Positions 17,901 through 27,180 of a DNA stretch of 46,401 bases are shown here, piece by piece. The DNA is taken from positions 1 to 46,401 of the IMG/VR virus record IMGVR_UViG_3300038492_000126; one strand, given 5' to 3'. Each line of letters starts with the position of its first letter. The first letter of the stretch is position 1. A model generated the notes under the pieces. The model was not told the DNA's origin. It was given only the letters and a program-made list of their open reading frames with translations, and did no database searches. The stretch comes from a virus (Duplodnaviria; Caudoviricetes). A program made the position numbers and the translations under genes.

Positions 17901-18942
17901 GTGAACGACTTCTATCCAGTAACTCCGCAGTTTGTCGTCCAAAGGTTTGAATATCCTCTACTTCTTGGAAGTAGTCAATATCCCCTATTCTATTCTTTCT
18001 AGCTAACGAGAGGCCAAGAGCATTAGCAGCAGCTCCAAGTATGAAACCTGCAGCACCTCCTTCACCTGCCCCTTGAAACAACTCCCTCTCTGCATCAAAC
18101 ACATCCTTAGCAACTGCATTAGTCAGGAAGGTCTGAGCTGTTTCCTGAATAGCTTCTTCCAAGCCTCCTTGAAATACTTTCTTAGTAAGAGTAGGAACTA
18201 ACTCACCCTTAAACACTCTGTTAATCCTACCCAAAGCCCTACCAACAGGAATAGCTTCAGTAGCACCAATAGGTAAAGTTTTCACGAATGCTTCAAACGC
18301 GTCTTCCTCACTAGCACCATGTCGTTTAGCATCTTGGAATTGCTCCGCGCCTCCTGATATTGAGCCGAGAAGGAGAGGGCCACCTGGACCAGCTGCGCCG
18401 CTGGCAAAGAATCCAACGAGGCTACCTGCTCCTTCAGTAAGTGTTGTTGTAACAAACTCATCTTCAAAGTCAGGGTTGTTTGGGAAGTGCTTACGTGCGA
18501 AGTCCCTAAGATCCTGACCCATCTGGTAAGTAGCGAACTGTTCAGCCCTAAGTTTAGGATTCCCTTGCTCATCTTTCTCGACCCCTCCAAAGAATCTGTT
18601 AAGTCCTGCAGCCATAGCACCTACACCTTCAGGAACTCCAGCGAACAGTTCTAAGAAAGACCTGCTAAAGTTATTGAAGGCAGCGCCTACCCTGTTAATA
18701 GAGGGATCCCCTCCGGCAGCAGAGAGACCGGAGGTTGTAGATCCCTGCGGGCCTGGCGCTGACCCTAAGAATTCCTCGAGCGAGAGTTTCTGGCCAACCT
18801 GGTTAGGTGCGGCTTGAGGAGTTGTGGAAGGTTGTTGACCTAGAAACTCATTTAAACTCAACTTCTGTCCTACCTTTGGGCCGGTAGTATCAGGGGATTG
18901 AGTGCGCTCGAGGAGATCTGCTTGTGATATTTGTGGAGGCAT
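14920..18942 (-). CDS. Large internal virion / DNA ejection protein
   Basis: 1340 aa, Gly/Ala-rich hydrophobic N-terminal region (EEAIQETAQ), QFKTY motif; last of three internal protein genes. Confidence 0.7.
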   Translation of the reverse strand: MPPQISQADLLERTQSPDTTGPKVGQKLSLNEFLGQQPSTTPQAAPNQVGQKLSLEEFLGSAPGPQGSTTSGLSAAGGDPSINRVGAAFNNFSRSFLELFAGVPEGVGAMAAGLNRFFGGVEKDEQGNPKLRAEQFATYQMGQDLRDFARKHFPNNPDFEDEFVTTTLTEGAGSLVGFFASGAAGPGGPLLLGSISGGAEQFQDAKRHGASEEDAFEAFVKTLPIGATEAIPVGRALGRINRVFKGELVPTLTKKVFQGGLEEAIQETAQTFLTNAVAKDVFDAERELFQGAGEGGAAGFILGAAANALGLSLARKNRIGDIDYFQEVEDIQTFGRQTAELLDRSRSLSEQQQQEIDGINAAINEIQQGLGPFAQFDEDARADMIALQETRREDILRSATPKSDTNYGQTLRRQEADLASTPVDEANDIDKVTYNRPSRIGNLRQKVGSPEFAIWREVEKGAIGTAPLDMSGTVIEAQQKMQHNEADYEVWWKALLGGSPVIGRIRKTRLSKKERMLSGKVLQIISDLRNPLINVSGQKARDLRTELADIYKKHPNLEQIVVGRDGKGGLFDLFEHVKTRMQDSLQESFIVDLDPAINQAFRAVAIERSSTVPAAVDAFVDTESMARAEFIKAQTSSKKKKPLTEQEAIDKWNRGGKVVERKKKRVFDREKKKVQAAVDEYDEIGRWGLEDFYTRIELGNYKVVDADGKTHAIARNLKKAKVKAKAINNTRKANGLDPIAFEVEVSPARVNPTIERRNVLAGEQDIFEVLPRYLHAMEKRIVMTPIIRRFKKESKENPNDYRDDVKAVIQDQINEVMGANYSFGERVADDISAAFGWELGRLGSYVGVARNLTANLKLAYRPVGAFINAFGGFGHTWVKVGSDISARAARGIRVKPGSDDWIYTSPQGDEVNMDDLLLEGEKNGRLGIDFAVDASGKIDTRVPIWKPLGLFTAPEKRVRRHNYAANYIYHREIGGLGHPEAATAAARSLRFQEFAYNTAAISKLLRSPVGKLVGQFKTYMVKEIEFVSTLRKWEWARYLGLQLAIAGPRGIVYTLKSLPIFFALGMGGLLDDIEKWFAEDKEDPIPNVLLRGVFGAVGGDASPAAALQFPRRPEDWMGPFLSDAYKLMRDVVAPGGAAVAGMLRDKEGPIFIKDRAIDWVAGLSPMMYYMDQLDQTVQVWDPFWRRVKNGKLEEAINTGLPEAGDNLFSKKWAEPNVWVRDSQGNLAYPVGGLWDRMLIASGISPVQKTNIEVLERTWKEAQRIRSDNRKRYWDKVVKQIVLGRELPKDLLQDAAVYSIDIDTVLKMRTKIASMTPRERNLLRAEMLKKAEALDHFIIPQ

Positions 18943-18946
18943 TTGA

Positions 18947-20473
18947 TTACCTTACTTTTACAATTTCAACTTGTCCATCTGGAAGGATCTTAACTTCCAT
19001 TCCATCAGCGGAACGTAAGAGGTTACCGTTAGGAAGTAGTTCGAAACCTTCTGGAATCTCTTGAGCAGCACCTCCTACATTCATAAGAGGTTGACGACCA
19101 GGGTTAGCAAACTGCTCCTTGAAGATATTAGAATCATGCTGGTGGCCTAACCAAACAGCCGGAAGATTTCCAACTCCCTGCTCAAAGTTAATATCCAGTG
19201 CAATCTGATTCTCATAGGCTGCCTGCGCTTCAGGGTTATTGAATGTCACTGTTGGAGGTCCGTCAGGGTTTTCGATGATAGATACTTCATCTCCAAACTC
19301 ACCAGCAATTGTCTGAGCAACTCTCCTACGAATAGCCATATCAAACTTGAATGCGTTATTAATAGCTTGGTTCGCAGTGATACCCTTATCAGTGTTCTTG
19401 TTTATCCAATCCCGGCCGATCTCTGTGCGGTCGCCTGTACGTGGATTGAAGAGAACAGTGACCTCATTCCCTTGATCCTTGAAAGATCGAATCTGCAGGT
19501 TAGTCTTGTCAATATTCCCTAGAAGTTTCAACTCCTTCTCATGCTGGAATCGACGTTCGAATGGAGCAGTAGCAGCTGTAGTTGCAGCAGCCTGACCAGT
19601 TAGTGCTTCCAAGTGACGTTGGCGGATGGAGTTTAATCTCTCTTCCTGTACCTGCTTATCAATCTTCAACCGTTCATCTGCGGTGATAGCGTTAGCAATA
19701 TCTCCAGGTATCTCTACTTGAGAAGGATCATCAGCATTACGTACAAGTTCCAAGTAGCGCTGTTGTGCTATATTAGCAGCACGTCCTTCTCCAACCGCTC
19801 CAAGAGAATGAGCAATAGTTCCTTGCGGCGATACTGCCTGTGCCAATTGTCCAAGCAGTCTACCAGCGTTTGGAGTGTTGAGGAATCTTCCCTGTTCAGG
19901 CTGAGGAGTAGCAGACTCAACAAATCCTTCAACAGGTCCTTGGATAGGAGTTTCTCCTTGTCTCACTTGAGGGTCGATAAGTTCTACAGGAGTATTCCCT
20001 TCAAACTCAAATCGACCTCCATCAGCAGTTTGTATACTGGCTCGTCGAAGATTAGATTCAGGATTAGAAACCTGATCTAATACAGTCTGAGGAGAAATAC
20101 CATTGTTCGGAGTAGGCCTCCGAGCATTCCTTGGCCGGCTGATAAGACCTGCTTTATTAAACTCCCTATTGTTCGCAGTGGAGACAAACCGATCAAACTC
20201 ATCCTCATTAAAGGTTCCTTCAGGAGGCTTACTAAAGAAGTCAACAATGTTGTCAAACCCTGTTTGTATATTCGTTAGCAACAAATCACCAACGTTTTGG
20301 CTAAGTGTTGCAGGTGGTATAGCAGGCAAATTGCTAGGCCCTTGCGGAGTCAGAGAAGTATCTAAACTCTCCAACTCATTGTTGAGGCTATCAATAGCAG
20401 TGAAGTCATTCCTCTCACCGGCCTCTCTTAACTGCCGAAGCAGTTGATTTCTTCTACTTTCAGGTACACCCAT
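18947..20473 (-). CDS. Internal virion / ejection protein
   Basis: 508 aa, Q/N/P-rich; podovirus gene order. Confidence 0.6.
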   Translation of the reverse strand: MGVPESRRNQLLRQLREAGERNDFTAIDSLNNELESLDTSLTPQGPSNLPAIPPATLSQNVGDLLLTNIQTGFDNIVDFFSKPPEGTFNEDEFDRFVSTANNREFNKAGLISRPRNARRPTPNNGISPQTVLDQVSNPESNLRRASIQTADGGRFEFEGNTPVELIDPQVRQGETPIQGPVEGFVESATPQPEQGRFLNTPNAGRLLGQLAQAVSPQGTIAHSLGAVGEGRAANIAQQRYLELVRNADDPSQVEIPGDIANAITADERLKIDKQVQEERLNSIRQRHLEALTGQAAATTAATAPFERRFQHEKELKLLGNIDKTNLQIRSFKDQGNEVTVLFNPRTGDRTEIGRDWINKNTDKGITANQAINNAFKFDMAIRRRVAQTIAGEFGDEVSIIENPDGPPTVTFNNPEAQAAYENQIALDINFEQGVGNLPAVWLGHQHDSNIFKEQFANPGRQPLMNVGGAAQEIPEGFELLPNGNLLRSADGMEVKILPDGQVEIVKVR

Positions 20474-20487
20474 TTCTATCTCCTATC

Positions 20488-21903
20488 TTATCCAAGTCCG
20501 AGTAAGAAGCCTCCGACGCCTCCAATAATACCACCGGCAACTGTTCCAATTCCAGGCACTGTCGAACCAATAGAGGCTCCAGCCAATGCTCCACCTAATA
20601 TAGCTTGACCTTTAGTAGGCTTAACTGGATGACGTTGCACACCACCTGCAGCAGAAGCAAGTAAGTTACCTGCATAAGAGAATGCCTTTACATCCCAAAG
20701 TGCTTCCTCTACATCCATTTCCAGGTTCCACTCAGCTTGGTTCTGCTTAGCTTGGATTTTAGTAGAGAAGATCTGAGCCGCTAGTTGAGCAGCTTGTCCG
20801 TAGTTACCTACACGACTGACGAGCAACTTGAGGATAGTCTCTGCCGCAAGTGTTGCGGTCTTTACCAATGATTCTTCACGGGTTAACTTCAACCGCTGAA
20901 CGAGTTCATTCTCACTATAGTAAGCCTGATGAGTTTGAATAGCATCCATCCAGTACTTATCATGACGGTTACTGACATCACGATAGAAGTCCCTTCTTTC
21001 CAAGGACTTATCGTTGTAATAGAATCCATACCTGGCCAGCTTCTCATTCAAGTGAGTAGCAATAGATTGAGATAGAATACCAAGGTAAGCATCACGACGA
21101 GCTTGGTAGTTACGTGCCCGATTGTCAGCATCAAAATCATCAACAGCTTTCTGGAACTCTTCTTGCCTCATTGCCATTCCAATAGCATAAGCAGAGGTCA
21201 ACGTTGCTCCAATGTCAGCCATGCCAGCAGCCCAGATAGCGCTATCCCTTTGGAATTGGCCCTTACGACGATTCTCAAACGCGGTAGCCTGTGCGGTTAG
21301 GTGAGTCTCATCATTCGTTGCATCGAGAACAGAGGGTAAACCAGCGATAGCGGAGGCAACAGCAGTTGAGAAGTCAGTAAAGATATCCGAACCTGGAGTA
21401 GGAATGTCACCTGATACTGGAGTAGGAATCTCCGAAGAAGGTGCGGCTATCTCAGATCCCGGAGCAGAAATGTTCTGTGAGATTGCAGTGAGTTGGGCCA
21501 CTATCTTAGCAATAGCATCGTCAATGAAAGTATCCCAGGAACTTGTAGAGATAGTACCTACTGCGGTCTCATAAGTACTCAACCGACTCTCAATACTACT
21601 GATAGCATTATCAGGATCATAAGCCTTAGCAGCTTCTGGCCTGTTAATATCAGTGTAAGGAGTAGTACCTGTAATCATGTTTTCAACGATGTCAACCATT
21701 GAAGAGGAGACAGTATCATGACCTGCTCCAGCTTCATCAGTGTTTGCTAATAAATCAGCATGCACTGCCATGATATAATCTGGATAGGTGCTAGTGGAAG
21801 CCGCTCCACCGCCTCCTCCATTACCTCCGTAGAAAGTCTGCTTTACAGCAGGCTCTATAATATCTCGGAGGAGATTAAAACTTTTATCCCTGAATAGTTC
21901 CAT
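20488..21903 (-). CDS. Internal virion / ejection protein with C-terminal glycine zipper
   Basis: GGGGG near the N-terminus; GGALAGASIG...GGIIGGVGG C-terminus. Confidence 0.65.
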   Translation of the reverse strand: MELFRDKSFNLLRDIIEPAVKQTFYGGNGGGGGAASTSTYPDYIMAVHADLLANTDEAGAGHDTVSSSMVDIVENMITGTTPYTDINRPEAAKAYDPDNAISSIESRLSTYETAVGTISTSSWDTFIDDAIAKIVAQLTAISQNISAPGSEIAAPSSEIPTPVSGDIPTPGSDIFTDFSTAVASAIAGLPSVLDATNDETHLTAQATAFENRRKGQFQRDSAIWAAGMADIGATLTSAYAIGMAMRQEEFQKAVDDFDADNRARNYQARRDAYLGILSQSIATHLNEKLARYGFYYNDKSLERRDFYRDVSNRHDKYWMDAIQTHQAYYSENELVQRLKLTREESLVKTATLAAETILKLLVSRVGNYGQAAQLAAQIFSTKIQAKQNQAEWNLEMDVEEALWDVKAFSYAGNLLASAAGGVQRHPVKPTKGQAILGGALAGASIGSTVPGIGTVAGGIIGGVGGFLLGLG

Positions 21904-22391
21904 TAGATTATCCCTATGTTTATAAGGGTTTGACTTGCATCTCCTCCCATTCTCCGAACCATCTGGATAACGCGAGGATTATTGCTATACGCAATTATAC
22001 TTTTACAGTTGTATTCACGTGCAATTCTTTGGATACCTTCAATACCACCTGACCAAGCTTCATCATCGAGGAAGCCTATTCCATAGAGAACAAGCACCAA
22101 CATATGCTTCTGCTTCAGGATCTTATCTTCCAGCAATTGAAGGATTACCAAGCCCCTCAATGTAGTTCCCTGCACTCCAAAGTAAGCCATCAAATCTTTC
22201 TCGAGGAGAGCTTGAAGACAGTTAACTACAAAGTCTGGCTCTTGAGTTTGGATATGCGCCGGAACAGCAGTCCTTAAAGCATGTTCTAAAGTCGCCCAAT
22301 TATCTGTGATATCCTTAGAAGTTAAGTTGACTAATGTCAACTGATCTTGTGTATCGCTTGTCTGAGTGGGTGATCTCAACGAGGACTTCAT
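21903..22391 (-). CDS. GNAT-fold-like virion assembly protein
   Basis: Position between nozzle and ejection genes; IQRIAREYNCKSI pattern. Confidence 0.5.
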   Translation of the reverse strand: MKSSLRSPTQTSDTQDQLTLVNLTSKDITDNWATLEHALRTAVPAHIQTQEPDFVVNCLQALLEKDLMAYFGVQGTTLRGLVILQLLEDKILKQKHMLVLVLYGIGFLDDEAWSGGIEGIQRIAREYNCKSIIAYSNNPRVIQMVRRMGGDASQTLINIGII

Positions 22392-23943
22392 TTAAATACA
22401 TCCTTTCATAGTTGTTGATACTTATAACCACTCGATGTTCAAGTCCTTCACAGGTTATCTTTACATAGCCTTGATCATTCACAGGATAGAAAGCAGACCG
22501 AGTCCAGTCTTCTCTCTTCTTAAACCTATAATCAATGGCTACTTGTGTGGTTACAGTCTCATGCTCTGCTATATAATCTTCCCTAAAAATCAAAGAGACT
22601 GACTCAATCCTCTTATCCCCTACAAGTCCATGAGAGAATAGATCTATCACTACCTCACCTTCAGATACGCCAGCCACGTCGTTAGGTAGATCGGAACCTA
22701 ATCCTCTCGCTTTATTAAAGAGAGATACAACAGAGGTCATCTGCTGCTTCGTCTCTAATAGACCATTAGGAGTTAATACAAAATCAACAGTGTTTGTAGA
22801 GATATAGAACCTATTGTCGGCATACTGCACTGTGAAATGCTGACCCTTATAAGGCTCCAATATTCCCTGGTAATCAAGTTCGGACAGTTGAAGATCAGCT
22901 CCTAGTTGCCAAAGCCTACAATCCTTATCCACCATTACATGACGGAGATTGTCCCCTGCGACTGCTCCCATATTATGAATAGCTACTGGGAAGACTCCCT
23001 GGGGAATCCTAGGAGCAATAACTGGGGTTGGTTGCACGTGGTGTTCCAAGGCAACAGCGCCGCCTTCGGAGTAGGCGATAAGGAACTGGCCCAGTGGAAG
23101 GATGTTCTGGATTGCTCCGTTGACGGGGATATAACCAAAGCCACCTCCTCCTTGTCTCCATAAGTCGAAGATATATGGACGGGTTGAACTATACCCTGAT
23201 CCGGATAAGTAGGAATTCTCGAACAGAGTTTTGAAGAACAAGGGCAGGACATCTCCACCTCCAATTACAGAGTACCAGTAAAAGTTCTGTTCCATAGGAG
23301 CAAGGATATTTCCTTCCTGCTTAGGAACTTCAAACTTCATTCCAGTGTCAACCTTCTTAGCATCCCATTCATTGAAGAGGGCTTTCCAGTCGCTGTTCCA
23401 GAATGTGTTATAGTCAAAGCCCCCCATTACTATTCTTCCCTTCCAAGAAGTCATCGTATTGGAAGTAAAGCCTTTCTTTACATAGACGTTGGAGGGAGTA
23501 GTCCCTATCATTATCTCTCGATAGTTGAAATAGAGAATGTTCACTCCGTTAGTCATATACCACGCTTGATCCATATCGCAGAGATGCCAGGGTCCCCCAG
23601 CATCTATTGAAGTGAGAGACCCTGTATCAGCGTCATATACGGGCAGCTCTGTAAGAGTGTTGCTTAGGTCTTCAGGTAAGGCCAGGAACACCCTCGTCCG
23701 AGTCATTACGAATACAACGCGAGACCCTACAAACATTTGCGGGAAAGGAAAGTCTAATTCGATTCCCTGATCTGTAAGGACATTCTCTGCGAAGGCAAGT
23801 TCAAAGGGTGCATAGGGAATAAGTCCCTGGGGATCAGGTTCCAGGTTCAGTAGTCGCACGAGTGGATAACCATCTCTCTGATACCTATTAGATTGTAGGC
23901 CTTCAGTTAGAGTTTTCTTGATCCGGTGATGGAAGTGTCGCAT
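22315..23943 (-). CDS. Tail nozzle / stabilization protein (tail tubular B or P22 gp10-like)
   Basis: About 540 aa, beta-rich; follows the adaptor gene; GGAG RBS before ATG 23943. Confidence 0.6.
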   Translation of the reverse strand: MRHFHHRIKKTLTEGLQSNRYQRDGYPLVRLLNLEPDPQGLIPYAPFELAFAENVLTDQGIELDFPFPQMFVGSRVVFVMTRTRVFLALPEDLSNTLTELPVYDADTGSLTSIDAGGPWHLCDMDQAWYMTNGVNILYFNYREIMIGTTPSNVYVKKGFTSNTMTSWKGRIVMGGFDYNTFWNSDWKALFNEWDAKKVDTGMKFEVPKQEGNILAPMEQNFYWYSVIGGGDVLPLFFKTLFENSYLSGSGYSSTRPYIFDLWRQGGGGFGYIPVNGAIQNILPLGQFLIAYSEGGAVALEHHVQPTPVIAPRIPQGVFPVAIHNMGAVAGDNLRHVMVDKDCRLWQLGADLQLSELDYQGILEPYKGQHFTVQYADNRFYISTNTVDFVLTPNGLLETKQQMTSVVSLFNKARGLGSDLPNDVAGVSEGEVVIDLFSHGLVGDKRIESVSLIFREDYIAEHETVTTQVAIDYRFKKREDWTRSAFYPVNDQGYVKITCEGLEHRVVISINNYERMYLNEVLVEITHSDKRYTRSVDISQLNF

Positions 23944-24106
23944 TAGTAATGCTCCCAATGAGTTGCTCTAGTTGTTTAATACGCTCAGTCAGTATACCAA
24001 TCTCAACTTCTAGTACACCAACCTTCTTACGTAGGTGGGCGATCTTTTGAGAATTACTTCTCTTTTCCGCCTCCGGCCGAGCCGCCTGCCTTATTACCCT
24101 TGTCAT
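23903..24106 (-). CDS. Small coiled-coil protein
   Basis: GGAGGT RBS before ATG 24106; heptad pattern. Confidence 0.55.
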   Translation of the reverse strand: MTRVIRQAARPEAEKRSNSQKIAHLRKKVGVLEVEIGILTERIKQLEQLIGSITNATLPSPDQENSN

Positions 24107-24203
24107 CCTTACCTCCTGAGGCAAGCAGTGCCTCTACCTTAGCCAAGCGATCTTCGAGTTCTTCAACCTTAGCAATCAATTCTTGCTCTTGTGCTGGTTT
24201 CAT
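24054..24203 (-). CDS. 49-aa coiled-coil protein (absent from ORF track)
   Basis: MKPAQEQELIAKVEELEDRLAKVEALLASGGKDDKGNKAGGSAGGGKEK*; starts 4 nt after the adaptor stop with AAAGGATAGGA upstream. Confidence 0.65.
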   Translation of the reverse strand: MKPAQEQELIAKVEELEDRLAKVEALLASGGKDDKGNKAGGSAGGGKEK

Positions 24204-24206
24204 GTC

Positions 24207-24932
24207 CTATCCTTTCAGTTGGTTACCTGCGTAAGACATATCATCTTCCACAGATTCATAGTCAATTGCATCAATAAGGTCATTCATAGCTATACGAGCA
24301 TCAATCATCCCTTGCTGATTTCGATAGAACTTCTCAATGGTGTATTGAGTGGCCAACATTAACAGTTCAGGCCATTTCACAGAGTGATAGGTTTCATCAC
24401 TATCTGCCTCCAACACAGAGAAGAACTGACCTGTTACAATCACAGTGTAAGCCTTATCTGCGGTAGGACGCAGGATGATACCATTCTGCTTATGCCTCTC
24501 TGTAGTAAAGATATTCTCTTCGCCATCGTGAGTGAAGTCACCTGTATAAGAAACACTTGTAAGTGCTCTTTGTTGAGGAGCCAATAGCACACGAGCACGT
24601 GCCCAATATAAGGGAGTGCTGTTTGTGATGCTCCCAACAGGTTCAGGATAGTCAGCCTTCAGTTCATCGAATTGCTTCTCTTCCAAGACACAAACATCAG
24701 TGCCATCAGCAATGGAAACCTTCTCAATAGTCCGAACGTTCTCGGTAGTGAGTAAGCCATCTCCAGCAGCAATGTCCTTCTTATATTCAGAGACGCTATC
24801 AGGATTTGGTAGGATAGTATCTAGGTAACGCTGTCCAGCTTGGATAAAGAAATCAATCTTATTCCCAGCAGAGAGGTCATGTCTACCTCCAAATCGTAAT
24901 ACATCTGTTCTAATTTCAGCTAGTGTCGCCAT
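24207..24932 (-). CDS. Head-tail adaptor (tail tubular protein A-like)
   Basis: MATLAEIRTDV start, PLYW, LRPTADKAY, WPELL; directly after the major capsid gene. Confidence 0.7.
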   Translation of the reverse strand: MATLAEIRTDVLRFGGRHDLSAGNKIDFFIQAGQRYLDTILPNPDSVSEYKKDIAAGDGLLTTENVRTIEKVSIADGTDVCVLEEKQFDELKADYPEPVGSITNSTPLYWARARVLLAPQQRALTSVSYTGDFTHDGEENIFTTERHKQNGIILRPTADKAYTVIVTGQFFSVLEADSDETYHSVKWPELLMLATQYTIEKFYRNQQGMIDARIAMNDLIDAIDYESVEDDMSYAGNQLKG

Positions 24933-24948
24933 GCTATTCCCTATTGTG

Positions 24949-24961
24949 TTGCACTGTGCAA
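24949..24961. promoter_or_regulatory. Palindromic operator-like site TTGCACTGTGCAA
   Basis: Intergenic, 17 nt upstream of the adaptor start. Confidence 0.65.
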
Positions 24962-24964
24962 TGG

Positions 24965-24990
24965 TTAAGGGAAGAGGGGACTAGCCCCTC
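24965..24990 (-). terminator. Weak terminator/attenuator hairpin after the major capsid gene
   Basis: GAGGGG-N5-CCCCTC stem followed on the - strand by TTCCCTT. Confidence 0.45.
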
Positions 24991-25021
24991 AACCCAATTG
25001 TCAAGTGATTCCCAGTAATCA

Positions 25022-26350
25022 CTATCCATCCTGACCGACGCCGAACAGCACCAGCCACTGGTTTGGAAGCTTGAACTTCCAACCGATCTCAGCGAGCCAA
25101 CCATCATGATCACCGTCAGTTCCATTCGGAGCAAGGCCTTCCTGGAATTGCAGTTGACCAGATTCACCGCCTCCAACCAGAGGAACAGCCTTGGCATTCT
25201 TCGGAACCATACAGACCATGCAATACTGCATCGTAGACTCTTGCGAGAACAGAGGATGAGTCTTCAGGTCAATGATTCCAAACGGAGTCCGCCAGGAAGT
25301 TACCTCGAGACCAAAGTCATTCTGACCTACAGTCAGGTTGACCCAGCCATGGTATTCAGCGAGTTCATTGATGCCCATCAACGCTCCATCACCACAGTGG
25401 GCGAGGATACGCTTGCCGGCTGCATAGCGGAACAGAACCTTGATATACTCGTTGAGCCAGGTTTTACCCTTGTCCAACCAGGTTTGAGCAGCATAGTCAA
25501 TGCGGAAGTCGCGGACTGCTGACGGGTTATGCTCACGCAACCAAGGAATACATCCCTGGGTGAATCGCTTCGGCTTGTTGTTGTTACCAGTTGCAGTGCG
25601 CTTCTGGCCCAACCAGCCTTGCCATTCGATATCCATCGAGATCAGTTCCAGCGTATCCATCTTATCTTCCAGGTAACCGTTGCCGGTACGCAGGCGAGTG
25701 GACTTCGCGGTACGAGAGATCTCGAAGGTGTTACGGAAGATCTGCGTCAAGTTGTCATACTCTACTGGATCATAGACCAGACCGCTTGGAGCAGCACTGT
25801 TTTCCTCAAACGCGGCGCCGATGAAGAGAACTCGATCGACAGTGGTGAGGTTGTAAGTAGTCGGATCAGCATCATTGTCATCAGCTTCATTGAGCTCGAC
25901 AGCGATGTAAGAGTTAGCTCCCGAAGAGAGGAAGTCTACGATGGAACCTGAGACGTCCACATTCATACGAGAAGCATCACGGAGGACGACACCTTGCTTC
26001 AAGCGAACAAAGTTGAAATCGTTGCCCGTTGCGGTCGCGTCTACCTTCACATACACTACACCACCAGCAATACCAATGGTAGCTTGGTGAGTAGCGCGGA
26101 CATATTTAGTGCTGAGCCCGGAGTCGATATAGACCTCATCGGCAGTCACGTCCAAGGAACGGACAGGGAGAGTCTTCGTCCACCAGTTGAATTTGTAGGA
26201 GTCTACAGTTTCGGTCGGTAGCATACTCTGCAATGCAAACAGAGGCGACATCCCATTTGGCTGCTCACGGAGAATAAACTCTTCCCAGCTCTCTGGGACT
26301 TGATTGGCTTGCCAATCAGTCGTTGATCTTAAGCCTTGATAGGCGCTCAT
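25022..26350 (-). CDS. Major capsid protein
   Basis: 442 aa; NLTQIFRNTFEISRTA, RFTQG, TPFG motifs (SU10/DUF5309-like capsids); strong codon bias; downstream of scaffold. Confidence 0.85.
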   Translation of the reverse strand: MSAYQGLRSTTDWQANQVPESWEEFILREQPNGMSPLFALQSMLPTETVDSYKFNWWTKTLPVRSLDVTADEVYIDSGLSTKYVRATHQATIGIAGGVVYVKVDATATGNDFNFVRLKQGVVLRDASRMNVDVSGSIVDFLSSGANSYIAVELNEADDNDADPTTYNLTTVDRVLFIGAAFEENSAAPSGLVYDPVEYDNLTQIFRNTFEISRTAKSTRLRTGNGYLEDKMDTLELISMDIEWQGWLGQKRTATGNNNKPKRFTQGCIPWLREHNPSAVRDFRIDYAAQTWLDKGKTWLNEYIKVLFRYAAGKRILAHCGDGALMGINELAEYHGWVNLTVGQNDFGLEVTSWRTPFGIIDLKTHPLFSQESTMQYCMVCMVPKNAKAVPLVGGGESGQLQFQEGLAPNGTDGDHDGWLAEIGWKFKLPNQWLVLFGVGQDG

Positions 26351-26377
26351 TTTAGTATCTCCAAAATTTTCAGTTTT

Positions 26378-26785
26378 CTAGGATTCGAACTCAATTGCAA
26401 CACAGAACACTTCCTGAGAAGATCCAAGGCGGTTACGCACTCGGGTAGTTCCAGAAGCGTTGTAGACGCAGAGATTCGTGTCAGTGTTAGCAGCGGCCAT
26501 GTTAGCAGACCCTGCTCCTAAAGAGATTGCATTGCCTCCAGAACGGGTAAACATACCCATCTCCGTTCCATTGGAGACAAAAATCATTCCATAGGAACCT
26601 GACGTGAAAGGCAGGTCAAACTGACCTTCATCTGCCAACGTTTCCTTGAAGGAATACAGGTTGAAACCCTTCTGAGATTCTCCACTGGAAGCTGCCAATG
26701 CGCCCTTGATAAGAGCACTGAAGACAGCGTTACCAGCAGAGTTCTGCTGCATTCCAATGTTCGTAAGAATTTTTGCCAAACTCAT
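26378..26785 (-). CDS. Probable capsid decoration/fibre protein
   Basis: beta-rich; LCVY...VRNRLG C-terminal motif; between scaffold and capsid genes. Confidence 0.5.
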   Translation of the reverse strand: MSLAKILTNIGMQQNSAGNAVFSALIKGALAASSGESQKGFNLYSFKETLADEGQFDLPFTSGSYGMIFVSNGTEMGMFTRSGGNAISLGAGSANMAAANTDTNLCVYNASGTTRVRNRLGSSQEVFCVAIEFES

Positions 26786-26799
26786 AGTTTAAGCCCTCC

Positions 26800-27165
26800 C
26801 TACGAAATAGCATTTTCAAGGATTCGCCAGCGTTGGCCGTCAGATTGGACGACAACTGCATCATCATTTGCATCCAGGGTCAGGTCGGTCCAATCAACGG
26901 AGTCGTCCTTGTCCTGAAGAGTCACACCAGCAGCAGCATCGGGAACTGCAATGTGGATCGGACCTGCCCTCTCAGCAACCGAAGGAAGCGTTGCAACAGC
27001 AGTGGCAGTATTCGTTCCATCACGCAGGTAAATCACGACACGCTTGTGATGCTTCTCAATAGTGATAGTCTGACCAGTGTCAGTAGTGCTATCATCGTGA
27101 ACGAGAGTTTGCTTTCCTAGTGGAAGCTGCTCACGCTCTAAACGTTGAGATCTTTCAAAAGCCAT
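26800..27165 (-). CDS. Probable capsid decoration/fibre protein
   Basis: ATLPSVA...LTLDANDDAVVVQSDGQRWRI fibre-type module. Confidence 0.5.
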   Translation of the reverse strand: MAFERSQRLEREQLPLGKQTLVHDDSTTDTGQTITIEKHHKRVVIYLRDGTNTATAVATLPSVAERAGPIHIAVPDAAAGVTLQDKDDSVDWTDLTLDANDDAVVVQSDGQRWRILENAIS

Positions 27166-27180
27166 GATAACTTTTCTCCA